From the NCBI RefSeq assembly GCF_009914755.1, contig NC_060926.1: DNA of 64,000 bases; one strand, written 5' to 3'. Of this stretch, positions 38,263 to 50,066 are shown piece by piece. Origin of the DNA: the human T2T-CHM13v2.0 reference genome, Homo sapiens. Made by a program: the position numbers and the translations under genes. Below the pieces are notes generated by a model. That model was not told the DNA's origin. It searched no databases and saw only the letters and a program-made list of their open reading frames with translations. The stretch's first letter is position 1. Every line of letters starts with the position of its first letter.

Positions 38263-40258
38263 TCAAGCAATCACCCATTGATAGACATTTGTGTCATTTC
38301 CAGCCTTTTCCTATCTAAAAAAATGCTTTAAAGAATAGCCATGTGCATGCATGTTTTTATGCTTTTGCCAAGTGTCTATTTGGGATAGATTCTTAGAATT
38401 GAGATTGTTGATTCAAAGAGTAAATGCATATGTCTAAGCAGCTTAAAGAGGCATTGTTGTTTCAAGCCAAAAATATCTTCTTTAAATATAGTTTTATTAA
38501 AAAGAAAGTAATTAAGAGAGAGCTTTGAAATAGCAAGACAAGTGAATCTCTTTGGGAAAAAACGTATAATAAAAAAACTTCTGACTGTCCAGAAGAAGTA
38601 GGCTCCCATGCAGGTGGAGTGAAGAGAGGAGAGAGAAACTTGCTCTTGATTCATCTTTAGTTAGGAGTGAGAAAGGTGCCTGGGAAGAGATGGAGAGACC
38701 ATTTGTGAAAGAAGCAGCCCTGTGAGGCATTACATATGCTTGGCACTGTATAATTAGGGTGATAGCATCTTCTGATGCATACTGTATAATCTGTTGCCTT
38801 GGCTAATCAGAGTCACTGAACCCCATTTAAGATGGAAAGTGGAATACTGAGTTGAATTCCTATGTCAGAAGTTGAGTAAAGATAAGTCACACCCTCTAAT
38901 CCATTTAAAAATACTTAGCAGGTGATTCCAAAGACTGAGCTACTGAAGTCCCCATGTTATCCCAGGGGGACGTGCAAAAACAGGCAAGAATTAAGGAAGC
39001 AGCTCTACAAGCCAGCAGAATTGACCTGATTCTCCAGAAATGTTTCTGCATAGGGCATGGCCACAACCCTGGGGACTGTAGTTTTCCCTGTATCCCAATT
39101 GGGGTTAAAAAGAGAAAGAACAAAAACTGGGAGCAGGGGAAGGGGATTTTGGTTTCCAAGGGGTAAGGCACAGAAGCAACACTAAATCCTTCTCCTGTCC
39201 ATCTCCCTTTTACTCCACCCTAAGGATGAGTCCTAAATAAAAGTTTGATCCAAAGGCCTTTGGGATAGTGAGAGAAGCTTGCAAGGAGGAAAGGGTCTCT
39301 GTATGGACATTATCCGCTTTATTCAGTTCTTCTGCTCCACACTGTTATTTGCTTAACACTGTAGGATTCTAGTTATTTTCTTTCAGCACTCAAAGATGTC
39401 ACTCCATTATCTTCTCTTTGCTTGGCAGCTCACCAATGCCTTCAAACAGATGGTTTTTGTGTTTTATCTGGCTTTTCTTGTTTTCTTGGCAGGAGCATTG
39501 GTCTATAGCAAGCTACCCCATCAGAATTGCAAGTCAAAGCCTCCACTCTTAATTACTGAAAATGTACATGCATTAATATCTAGTATTATAGATCCCTGTT
39601 CCAGTTTTGTTTGAAAAAATTTATAAACTATTATTGCCTATTTGTCCACATGAACTTTAGCATCTCAATATTGTACACCTTCCCATTACTAATTCTACGA
39701 AATGTATACATTTATTTGTAGACAACTTTTATGATATTGAGAATTCTGTATCCAGAAGCATGGTATCTATTTTTATTAAATTGTGTATTTTTGTTACTTT
39801 TGGAGCTTTATTTCAGTTGGTTCTGAATATTTCAAATTAAGTTTAATCCTGCATATTCCAATTGTTTTTGTCAGTGGGCTCTTTTTACAATTATATGTTC
39901 TGCATTGTTGAATATATACAAAATCTTTAATGTTGTATATGCCATTTTTAACTCATCATCTTAGTAAATTTTTATTAGTTTATTTCCTTTGGTTTTCTAG
40001 GCAAAGAACACAAGGAAATCATAACTTTGTTATGTCATTTCCAATAATTACCAACCTAATTCATTTCCATGGCTTGTTTTTTTCTAAAACTTTCAGAACA
40101 GTGTTAAACCATAGTTGTCACAGTGGTCATACTTCTTCTCTACTTCTCTTTAATGGGAATCCCCTAGGATTTTATGATAGTGTGTGCATGTTTCTCATGT
40201 TAAACAAAATTATCTTCCTATTTCTAAAAAAATTCTGTCCAGAACTAATATTAAATTA

Positions 40259-40714
40259 CAGCTGCCTCTTGAACAATGCTGGGGTTAGCAATGCTGTCCC
40301 CACATGCAGTCTCAAATTCACACATAACTTTTGACTCCCCTAAAACTTAACTACTGATAGCCTACTGTTGACTGTAAGCCTTATGAATAACATAGTCAAT
40401 TAGCACATATTTTGTCTGTTATATGTACTATATATTGTATTATCGCAATAAAGTAAGCTAGAGAAAATAAAATGTTATTAAGAAAATCTTAAGGAAGAGA
40501 ACATATATTTACTGTTCATTAGGGGGAAATGGATCATCATAAAGATCTTCATTCTCATCATCTTTACATTGAGTAGGCTGAGGAGGAGAAAGAAGAGGTG
40601 TTGGTCTTGCTCAAGGGTAGCAGGGGTGGAAGAAAATCTAGGTATAAGTGGACTTGCACAGTTCAAACATGTAAATTGGGTAAATTGTATATGGATGGGT
40701 TCAAGGGTAAATTG
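40259..40714 (-). mobile_element. Tigger2a-like DNA transposon
   Basis: TA|cagctgcctcttgaacaa and ttcaagggtaaattg TIRs. Internal gagtaggctgaggaggag and aacttttgactcccc match Tigger2a. Confidence 0.88.
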
Positions 40715-40797
40715 CATATGAATGTCTATTTAACATCTATTTGAATATGATTTTTCCACAATGAGATGTCACCTTACACCTGTTAGAATGGCTATTT

Positions 40798-40800
<3 letters not shown>

Positions 40801-40884
<84 letters not shown>
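40801..40884. repeat. Compound microsatellite (AC)22(AT)~17
   Basis: Read directly from the sequence. Confidence 0.98.
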
Positions 40885-41210
40885 CAAAAAAAGATAACAA
40901 GTGTTGGTGAGGATGTGGAGGAAAGGGAATCTTTGGACACTGTTGGTGGAAATGGAAATTGTTGTAGTCACTAAAGAAAACACTATGGAGGTTTCTCAAA
41001 ATATTAAAAATAGAACCACCATATAATCCTGCAATCTCACTTCTGGGTATACATCCAAAGGAAATGAAGTCAGGATTTTAAAAAGATATCTGCATTCCCA
41101 TGTTTATTCCCGCATTATTCACAATAGCCAAGATATGGAAGCAGTCTAAATGTCCATCAACAGATGAATGGATAAAGAAAATGTGGTGTATAAATATATA
41201 TACCCTATGG

Positions 41211-41544
41211 AGCTATGGTCTGAACGTTTGTGTGCCCCAAAATTCATATGTTGAAATCCTAACCCCCAAGGAGATGGTATTAGAAGGTGGCAACTTTGGG
41301 AGGTCATCAGATCATGAGGGCAGACTCCTCATAAGCAGGATTAGTGCCCCTATAAAAGAGATCCCAGAGAAATTCATTGCCCTTCTGCTCCTGAGGTTAC
41401 AGTGAAAAGATGACACTTACCAGGCATCAGATTTTCTGGCACCTTGACCTTGGACTTTCCTGACTCCAGAACTGAATGAAATAAATTCCCATTGTTTATA
41501 AGCCACAGAGTATTTTATTATAACAGTTCAAACAGACTGAGAAA
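41211..41544 (+). mobile_element. MSTD-like MaLR solo LTR
   Basis: gctatggtctgaacgtttgtgtgccccaaaattcatatgttgaaatcctaacccc...aataaatt..gtttataagccac...cagactgaga. The host L1 is colinear across it. Confidence 0.85.
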
Positions 41545-42148
41545 GTGGAATATAATTCGGCCTTAAAAAAGAAGGAAATCATGTTATTTATGACAGCACA
41601 GATGAACCTGGAGGACATTAGGCTAAGTGAAATTAGCCAGACACAGAAGAAAAAATACTACATGATATCACTTATATAATGAACCTAAAATGGTCAAACT
41701 CACAGAAGCAGAGAGTAGAATGGTGGTCCCCAGGGGCTGTGGGGAGGGGGAAATTAGGAGGTATTAGTCCAAGGGTACAAGGTGTCCCTCGTATAAGGTG
41801 AATAAGTCCTAGAGATCTACTTGAAAAAGCATAATGTCTACGATTAACAATACTGTATTGCATATGTTTGCTAAGAAAGTAAATTTTATGTTGTGTTCTT
41901 ATCACAAAAGATAATAAATAATTTTGCGCAATTTTGTATACAATACTATGTTGCAAAATTTTGCTAAAATGGTAAATTTTATATTACATGTTCTTAGCAC
42001 AATAATAAATAAAGAGGGCTGGAAGAAAGAAACTTTTGGAGGTGATGGATGTTTTTGGATGAAAAGGATGCATTTCCAGTAAAATGTTTCTCAAATTTGA
42101 CCATGTATCAGAACCTCCTGGAAGTTTAGTTAAAACACAAACTACTGT

Positions 42149-43199
42149 TGATGTAGGATTTTTCTTAGTCACTTTCTCAGGTGGAGACCTCCAGCTGGCA
42201 ACGCCCCTGTCTGGGATTTACTCAGGCACCAGATCACTGCAGGAGATGCACCATCCACTCAGCCTGCTTGGCAGAGTCCAACCTGCACTCTGGTGCAGAT
42301 TCTCCTGTTGCTGCAACTGCACACTCAGCCCCTGGTGAGAGGGGGTGTGTGAGCAAGAGAGTGCAGGGTCTAGCTGGCCTCTCCCAGTGCTGGCACAGAA
42401 ATGGGCTCTGTGTGGTACTTGTGGCTGGACCAGGCACGTCACAAGCCACTCCCATAGTGGACTCCAGTGTCCAGAGAAGGGGAACACAGTGGCACCCAGG
42501 CAGGGGTGCCCTCGACCCTGAAGCCCCAGAGGGGGTGCTACAGCATGATAATTAACTCTTTCAGTCACATCATCTGCAGCACGATGAACAATGGCATGTT
42601 AACAGCTCTGTCAGCCCCTTACCCTGCTCCGGCTCATGGCTCCAGGGTTGGCTCAGCCCCATCACTGCTTCCTGTCATGTGAGGAGGTTGCCCTCCACTG
42701 GTGAGGGCAGAGGGCTACAGTTGTTACAGCCTTCTGTGTACCCACATTCACTGGGTCCCAAATTCTTGTCCTGCATCCAAGAAGAATGAGGTCACACTGG
42801 CAATTGAAGAGTGAGGAGGGTGGAGAAGAATTTTATTGAGCAATGCAACAGCTCCCAGCAGAGGGTGAACATGAGGGTGGTCCCTCACCCGAAATTGGGT
42901 GGTTTCTCTCTCAGTGTGTCTGGGTCCGAGGCATTTATGGGCTCAGAATGGGGAGTGTGTGCTGATTGGTTTGCGAGTATGTGAAAAAGGTTAAAATAAA
43001 GGCACCACTCAAAGGTGGGCATGACAGTGTAAAAAACCAATTAGGGAAGGTAGTTATATTTAAATAGGTGAAGGGTAGGGAGAAATCAGAGGAAAGTGCA
43101 CCAAATGGGAAGACAGGTTCTCAATTCAGTCTGTGAATTTGACTTGTAGCTTGGCGTCAGGCTTGGCTTCAGGCATTTGGCTGCCTCCTGCCACTATCA
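42149..43199 (-). mobile_element. ERV1 solo LTR of the MER52/LTR27/MER61 group
   Basis: TG...CA termini with a 4-bp TSD CTGT (42145-42148, 43200-43203). GC-rich body and ttcttgtcc..ccaagaagaatgaggt..ttttattgag motif. Confidence 0.78.
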
Positions 43200-43265
43200 C
43201 TGTGCTCCATTCCCAGAGTTTCTGACTCAGTGATCTGGGGTTACAACCTGAGAAGTTGCATTTCT

Positions 43266-43918
43266 TTTTTTTAAATTTAATTTAATTTTAAGTTCTGGGA
43301 TACACGTGCAGGACAGGCAGGTTCATTATATAGGTAGGCGTCTGCCATGGTGGTTTGCTGCACCTATCAACCCATCACCTGGGTATTAAGCCCCGCATGC
43401 ATTAGCTCTTCATCCTGATGCTTTCCCTTCCTTCACCTCCCTCACCCCAAAGGCCCCAGTGTGTGTTGTTCCCTCCCTGTGTCCATGTGTTCTCATTGTT
43501 CAGCTCCCACTTATAAGAGAGAACATGCAGTGTTTGGTTTTCTATTCCTGCATTAGTTTGCTGAAGATAATGGCTTCCAGCTCCATCTATGTTTCTGCAA
43601 AGGACATGATCTCATTCCTTTTTATGGATGCATAGTATTCCATGGAGTATATGTACCACATTTTCTTTATCCAGTCTATCTTTGTTGGGCATTTGGGTTG
43701 ATTCCCTGTCTGCTATTGTGAATAGTGCTGCAATGAACATACGTATGCATGTATCTTTATAATAGAATGATTTATATTCCTTTGGGTATATACCCAGTAA
43801 TGGGATTGCCGGGTCAAATGTTATTTCTGGTTCTAGGTATTTGAGGAATCATCATACTGTCTTCAACAATGGTTGAACTAATTTACATTCCCACCAACAG
43901 TGTGAAAGCATTCCTATA
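43266..43918 (-). mobile_element. 5'-truncated L1PA10-like LINE-1
   Basis: L1PA 3'UTR, antisense. 15-bp TSD ag(a/c)agttgcatttct at 43251-43265 and 43919-43933. Confidence 0.93.
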
Positions 43919-44407
43919 AGCAGTTGCATTTCTAACAAGTTTATGGAGGTATTGATGCTACTGGTGTGGGAGCAGTACTTTCAGAACCACCGTCTAGATT
44001 CTAAATATAAATCCTAAGTTTAACTTCAGAATAAATTGAAAACCAAAAACCTAAATGTAAGAGCTAAACCTATAAAACTCTCAGAAGAAAACAGGGGTAA
44101 ATATTTGTGACATGCAAACTGCCAAATAAAACATTAGCAGGTTGAATTAAAAAAAAAAAAGGCGCTCCAAGGATTGATCAACATTTTTTTAAAATAATTC
44201 ATGACACTCACTGATCAGATAAGAAAAGAAAACCATACAAACGTATAATCATCCCATTAGATGCCACAAAAAGGTGTTTGAAGTTTTCAAGAGAAAATGA
44301 TAGGTTAGAATTTGGAGATAGCAAGTGGAAACTGTTTTGCTAACCAATTTGGCTTTTCAAGGAAAGATAATCTAAGAGTTGAAGGAGGACACAGGATCAA
44401 GGGACAA

Positions 44408-44410
<3 letters not shown>

Positions 44411-44468
<58 letters not shown>
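44411..44468. repeat. (GT)29 microsatellite
   Basis: Read directly from the sequence. Confidence 0.98.
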
Positions 44469-44471
<3 letters not shown>

Positions 44472-47400
44472 TGTGTATTAGATGAGACATACTCAAACAC
44501 ATTCATAGGCTAATTTGGAAGTGGCCAGTAGAAAGAGGAAATCGGAATATACTAGAGAAGCTATTGATGGAGTAAGAGTCCAGAGGAAATGAAAGGGTCT
44601 CAAGAATGGAGTTTGAACAACAGATAGGCTCACTCAACAGGGAAGGGAGTAAGAATGCGTGATGTGAGAAAATTCAAACTTGTTCACATTCATTTTTCCT
44701 ATTTAAAAAAATGAAGCAGGAGGTGAAATCAGGTAAAAAAAAGTTTGGAGGTTGAATTTGGCTGTTAGCAATTCAGTGGTGGCCTTCAAGATGATTTGCC
44801 ATGGACTGATGGTGGCCCAGAATCCAGTAAGCAAAGGAGTGACTGGGGAGAGGTTGGGGAAATTGTTGGGGGCCCGGGGGGCGGGGAGCAGGCGAGAATG
44901 TGGCGACAAGTGCAAATTTTTCTTCCAAAGATGAAGACTGAAAGGGGGATAGGGAATTAGAGTGACAGCTATATTTCAAAAGAAAACTCCTCAAATTTTA
45001 AGACAATTTCTGAGTATTCAAGAAAGCCATACACTGGGAGAGAAGATATCATTAACTGACACATGATGAAATTTGTTGTTTTGTTAGTTAACAAAGCATC
45101 AGGCATTGCATTGTAAAGGCACAATAAACTACAAATTACCTGTCTCTCATTCAAAGGAAATAAAAATTGGCACCACGACTCCAGCAAGTATGGAAATGTA
45201 AAAGCTTAGGGTTTCTGAGCTTTCCATTCAAATCAAGGTTTTCTTAAAGACTGAATGCAGCTCCTCATTCTCCATAATAACCACCTCCACTTGGCCCTGT
45301 TCTACAATCCATAAAATGGGCTTCTCTGAATAGACAAAAAAAAAAAAAAGAACAAAACAGACTTTTGAAAGTTACATCTAGAAGTCTGATTTAGCAAGCA
45401 ATCCAGCTAGTGGGCCCAAATGCAGCATTTTTCAACTTTCCACTAAAAAGCCTGTGAAGACATAAGGGGAAAAAAAGACAACAATTTCATCAACTGGGAG
45501 TGAAAATCAATCTATCACAAAGATCTTACGGGGATATAATTGGATGACACAGCCCACACGGGCTTTGTTATCAGAAATAGCACAAACCTGTTGGGCAACA
45601 TTTTTTTTGAAAAAGAGAGGAAAATGTGGTTTCCCTCTCCCAGTGCCTATTTCCTGATTGGAAAGTTCAAGGAGAGTATCAGAAAATCCAAGCTGCATTA
45701 TCTCTTTAGAGCTGGGGCTGATTTTTGAGCATCTATAAGGCTTTGTTTCTCTTCATCCCACACGTCTACCTTTCCCTAAACAATATAGTTCTAAAAGAAT
45801 TCATTAGGTTTCATCAGTTTCTGAAAACAACAGGTTAAACATGTGACAAGAACTAATTATGGTGAAGAAATCCTGGAAGTAGCTACATAGAAGCAATTGA
45901 AAATTCTAAAGTCTCTGATAAAAGCCCATGCTAACACTGTTGAAAAACCAGCATGGAGTTACAAGATTGCCCCCTAGTCCCTCAGAGACATATTAGGTGG
46001 ATTAATAATGCTAGGAGCCGGCATCTTAAAATACTTTCTAGTTGTCACTTTTAGAGAGGGTTCTGCCTTGCATGCAAATCAAGCAGATGAGCAGTGGCAG
46101 CAGAATGTCAGGATTCTGAAATCTCACTGCCCTGCTAGTGCAGTGCCAGAGGAAGAGGTGCCGTGAAAGACCTCAGGCTTAAGAGGAAAGCTCTGCTGTG
46201 CTTAAGTATGTGCTGTGTAGGCCATACTTAAGGGCTGCATAAAGAGGAATTATGAGAAGATGATGCATCTCCCTGTGGAAGAGGAGGCTGGCTGGGGTAG
46301 AGTATGGGCGTCTTGAATGGAAAGTTCCATATCTGAAAGGGAAAATATCTCCCTGCAGCAAAAGAGGCAGTTTTGGTAAAATGCTGGGAACTACCCACAA
46401 AGCTTGGTTTGTGTCCTGCCTGTGTATCTGTTGTCACTACCATTCCCAGAAGCCATGGCCAACTGTGGCAGGTGCCTTGGCAATATTAATTGGTCATACT
46501 GGTGGCATTGTAGATCTTGGAAAACAAAGTGGTTCAGCAGACGTGGCAGTGAGCCCAGCCAGGAATCAGACTGAGTGGTGCCCAGCAGCCTGGGAGCAGC
46601 ACGTCTCCATAGGCATGTGGTGGGAACTGCTCACTGCCTTGGTTGAGTCGGTGCAAATGCAACTGCTGTCAGCTAGAGCAGTTCTTTCTGTTCCACTGGG
46701 AGACAGCTGCTCTGTTTCCTGGGACCACCAGTGCTGCAAGCAAAGCTGAACCTGGCTGACTACAGTCTCAACTCTTTTCTTAAGTTAGCTTTAGATTTTA
46801 ACTACAAATGCATGACATGCTAAATACTAAAACTGGGATCCACAGAAAGGCACAAAGAAGCTGCATCTTTAGGAGGTCCCACCATTTGTCACCTTTCCAT
46901 TTGCCATGCCCATACCTGCCTTTGAATCTCCCATCACATTGGCTTCCCAGTGTTATTCTACAATGCTAAAAGGACATCAAGCCAAGAACTCCCCACCTGA
47001 TCCACAGAGAACTGCCTTCTTTTCCAGTTTGAATTCTTCCAAATTAGGGTATCTTAATGGGACTCTTATAATAGGGTGTACTCTCTCAGGTGGGAAACTT
47101 GTGGAATGATCTGTGACATCTTTCATCAACTTCAGCTTGTCTGCACTGTAAGTGGTAAAAATATCTTTGGTAGTTATAATATTAAAGTAGGCTTCCCCCT
47201 TTCTTTTCTAGAAGTTTTATGGAAAGAGATAGAATTTTAGGCAAAAAGCATGACTCAAAAACATGGAGATGTGAAAAACATGGTGTCCTGGGGAATGATG
47301 AGTAATTTCATGTGGAGACTATAGGGTATACAGAGAATGGAGCAAAGGGGAAAGAAACCAGCATTCAGGGATTTGTTGAAGTCAGGTAGTAAATAAACTT

Positions 47401-47862
47401 AAACACTGTGAGTGCTAGTTTCCTGTTGCTGTTGTAGCAAATTACCATACACTTAGTGGCTTAAACAGCACAGATGTATTAGCTTACAATTCTGAAGGTC
47501 AGAAATCCAAAATAGATCTTACAGGCTAAAACCAAGGTATCAGAAGAGCTGCACTGCTTCTGGACATTCAGTGGGAGATCTGTTCTCTTGCCTTTTCCAG
47601 TTTCTAGAGGCCATTTGCATCCCTTGAATTGCAGCCTCTACCTTTGTCTACAAAGTGCATAATTTCAGCTTCTGCTTCTGTCCACATCTCGTCTCTGACC
47701 CTGTCCCTTCTGCTCTTGTTTTGTAAGAACCCTTGTGATTACATCAAGCCTATCCAGATAATCCAGGATAATTCCCCCTCTCAAGATCCTTAACTTAATC
47801 AACCTCAACAAAGTCCCTTTTGCTACATAAGGTAACGTATTTGCAGGTTCTAGGAATCAGGA

Positions 47863-48888
47863 TGTCAATAAAAAGAGGCAAATTCTGTAAGATATTTGAA
47901 GAGATTTATTCTGTGCCAAATACGAGTGACCACAGCCTGTCACACAGCCCTCAGGAAGTCCTGAGAACACGTGCCCAAGGGCGTTGTGTCAGGCCTCTGA
48001 GCCCAAGCTAAGCCATCATATCCCCTGTGACCTGCACGTATACATCCAAATGGCCTGAAGTAACTGAAGAATCACAAAAGAAGTGAAAATGGCCTGTTCC
48101 TGCCTTAACTGATGACATTACCTTGTGAAATTCCTTCTCCTGGCTCATCCTGGCTCAAAAGCTCCCCCACTGAGCATCTTATGTCCCCTGCCCCTGCCAG
48201 CCAGAGAACAACCCCCTTTGACTGTAATTTTCCACTACCTACCCAAATCCTATAAAACGGCCCCACCCCTATCTCCCTTCTCTGACTCTCTTTTTGGACT
48301 CAGCCCGCCTGCACCCAGCTGGAATAAACAGCCTTGTTGCTCACACAAAGCCTGTGGTGGTCTCTTCACATGGACGCTGTGTAAGTTGGGGTGCAGCTTG
48401 GTTTTATACATGTTAGGGAGACATGAGACTTCAATCAAATACATTTAAGAAATACATGAGTCCAGTTCAGAAAGGCAGGACAATTTGAAGTGGGGGGCTG
48501 GGGGGAGCTTCCAGATTATAGGTGATTTTTAAATTTTCTGGTTGCCAAATGGTTGAGTTTATATAAAGACCTGGGATCAATAGAAAGAAAATAGATAATG
48601 TCTGGGTTAAGATAAAGGATTGTGGAGACTAAAGTTCTTAGTGTGCAGAGAAAGTCTTCAGGTAGCAGGCTTCAGAGAGAATAGATTGTAAATACTTCTT
48701 ATCAGACTTAAGGTCTGTGTTGATGTTAATGCCAGAGAGGCGTAATGAGGCATGTCTGAGCCCCACTTCCTGCAATGGCCTGAACCAATCTTTCAGGTTA
48801 AATTTTAAGAGTGTCCTGGCTGAGGAGGAAGTCCATTCAGATGGTTGGGGTGGGGGTGGGGGCGTTAGAATTTTATTTTTGTTTTACA
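47863..48888 (-). mobile_element. MER4-family ERV1 solo LTR split by LTR7
   Basis: tgtcaataaaaagagg..ttgaagagatttattctg...agaattttatttttgttttaca. 4-bp TSD AGGA (47859-47862, 48889-48892). Confidence 0.87.
47987..48384 (+). mobile_element. LTR7 (HERV-H) solo LTR
   Basis: tgtcaggcctctgagcccaagctaagccatc start, TATAAAA followed by ggccccacccc, AATAAA, and ggtctcttcacatggacg near the end. TSD GTTG. Confidence 0.95.
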
Positions 48889-49011
48889 AGGACTTAGGTG
48901 TTTTTGGGGAACATAATTCAGCCTACCATATCATGCAAGAGAACTTAAACTGTACTATGTCAGCCAGGGGTTAAAATCTTAATGCCTACCAGGGCCAGGC
49001 AGGTAAAGAAG

Positions 49012-49445
49012 CATCTTAGTCCAGTTTGTCTTGCTATAAAAGAATACTTGAGGCTGGGCAATTTATAAAGAAAAAAGATTTATTTGGCTCACAATTCTGG
49101 AGGGCTGAAAAGTTGAGGATTGGGCATCTGCATCTGGCAAAAGCCTCGGGCTGCTTTCACTCATGGCGGAAGGCAAAGGGGAGCCAATGTGTACAGAGAT
49201 CACCTGGTAAGAGAGGAAGTGAGAGAAGGAAACTCTAGGTTCTTTTTTAATAACCAGCTCTCATGGGAACTAATAGTATGAGAACTCATTCATCTCAACC
49301 CCTCCCCAGAGAAAGGATTAATCTATTCATGAGGGATCCACCCCCAGTGACACAAATACCTCCCAGTAGTTTCCACCTCCAACACTGGGATCAAATTTCA
49401 ATGTAAGATTTGGTGGGACAAACCAACCATATACAAACTCTAACA
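49012..49445 (-). mobile_element. MSTB/MSTC-like MaLR solo LTR
   Basis: tcttagtcc...gctataaaagaatacttgaggctgggcaattta...ccacctccaacactgggatcaaatttcaa...aactctaaca. Confidence 0.85.
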
Positions 49446-50066
49446 GAAGTAAATAAAGCAGTCTGGTTATTAGCCAACAGGAAAAAGTGAAGAAAGTGAA
49501 AACTCAGAGAGTACTATCTAAAGTGAGTTCTGAGTGTTATCAAAATAAATGCAAACCAGTGTTGCCTGATTACCTGATTCTTTTGGAGAAGCTAAGATCC
49601 AGATATTTATGTAAATTTTACCAGTTTTATAAACAATTTTCCAGTCTCTACTGGAATCCTACAAGGATTTTCATGTTAGGAGTTCCTGGTACTAAAATAC
49701 CTCTGAAGACAGCATTGAAGGAAAGAGGCTAGGAATTAGAATGAATCAGAAAAAACTGTAACAGTGGATAAGAATGCAAACCATAGAGGAGAATAAAATA
49801 TTTTAAAACCATATGCCCAACAAAGGACTAATGTCAAGAATATATATATATTTTAAATTCTCCAAATTCAATAACAAAAAAGCTAACAATCCAAGTAGAA
49901 AATGGGCAGGAGGCATGAAAAGGCATTTCGTCAAAAAACAAATACAGAAGATAAATAAGCACATGAAAAGATGTTCTATGTTTTTAGCCATTAGGAAAAT
50001 GCAAATTAAAGCCATAGTGAGATACTACTACACATCTATCAGAAGCTCTAAGATAGAAAGAATGAC

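Larger units (their letters stand above)
40757..42060 (+). mobile_element. L1MA9/L1MB-type 3' region, interrupted by a microsatellite and an MST LTR
   Basis: ORF2 C-terminal MFIPALFTIAKIWKQSKCPSTDEWIKKMW and 3'UTR gaacctggaggacatta.gctaagtgaa. Confidence 0.85.
42077..43993. mobile_element. MER5A-type hAT element split into three pieces (42077-42148, 43200-43265, 43919-43993)
   Basis: tttctcaaattt..atcagaacctcctggaagtttagttaaaacaca | ccagagtttctgactcagt..ttgcatttct | aacaagt..gatgctactggt..actttcagaaccac. Confidence 0.8.
47411..48930 (-). mobile_element. MLT1D-like LTR split by MER4 (pieces 47411-47862 and 48893-48930)
   Basis: tagtttcctgttgctgttgtagcaaattacca...ccagataatccaggataat...ggttctaggaatcagga | cttag...ataattcagcctaccata. 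Confidence 0.85.

Noticed and set aside
42084-42682. Cluster of overlapping ORFs of 70-124 aa on both strands
   Set aside because: They lie almost entirely inside a GC-rich LTR, where stop codons are rare by composition.
46381-46749. 122-aa ORF in unique sequence
   Set aside because: No recognisable domain or supporting splice structure. The length is within chance expectation.
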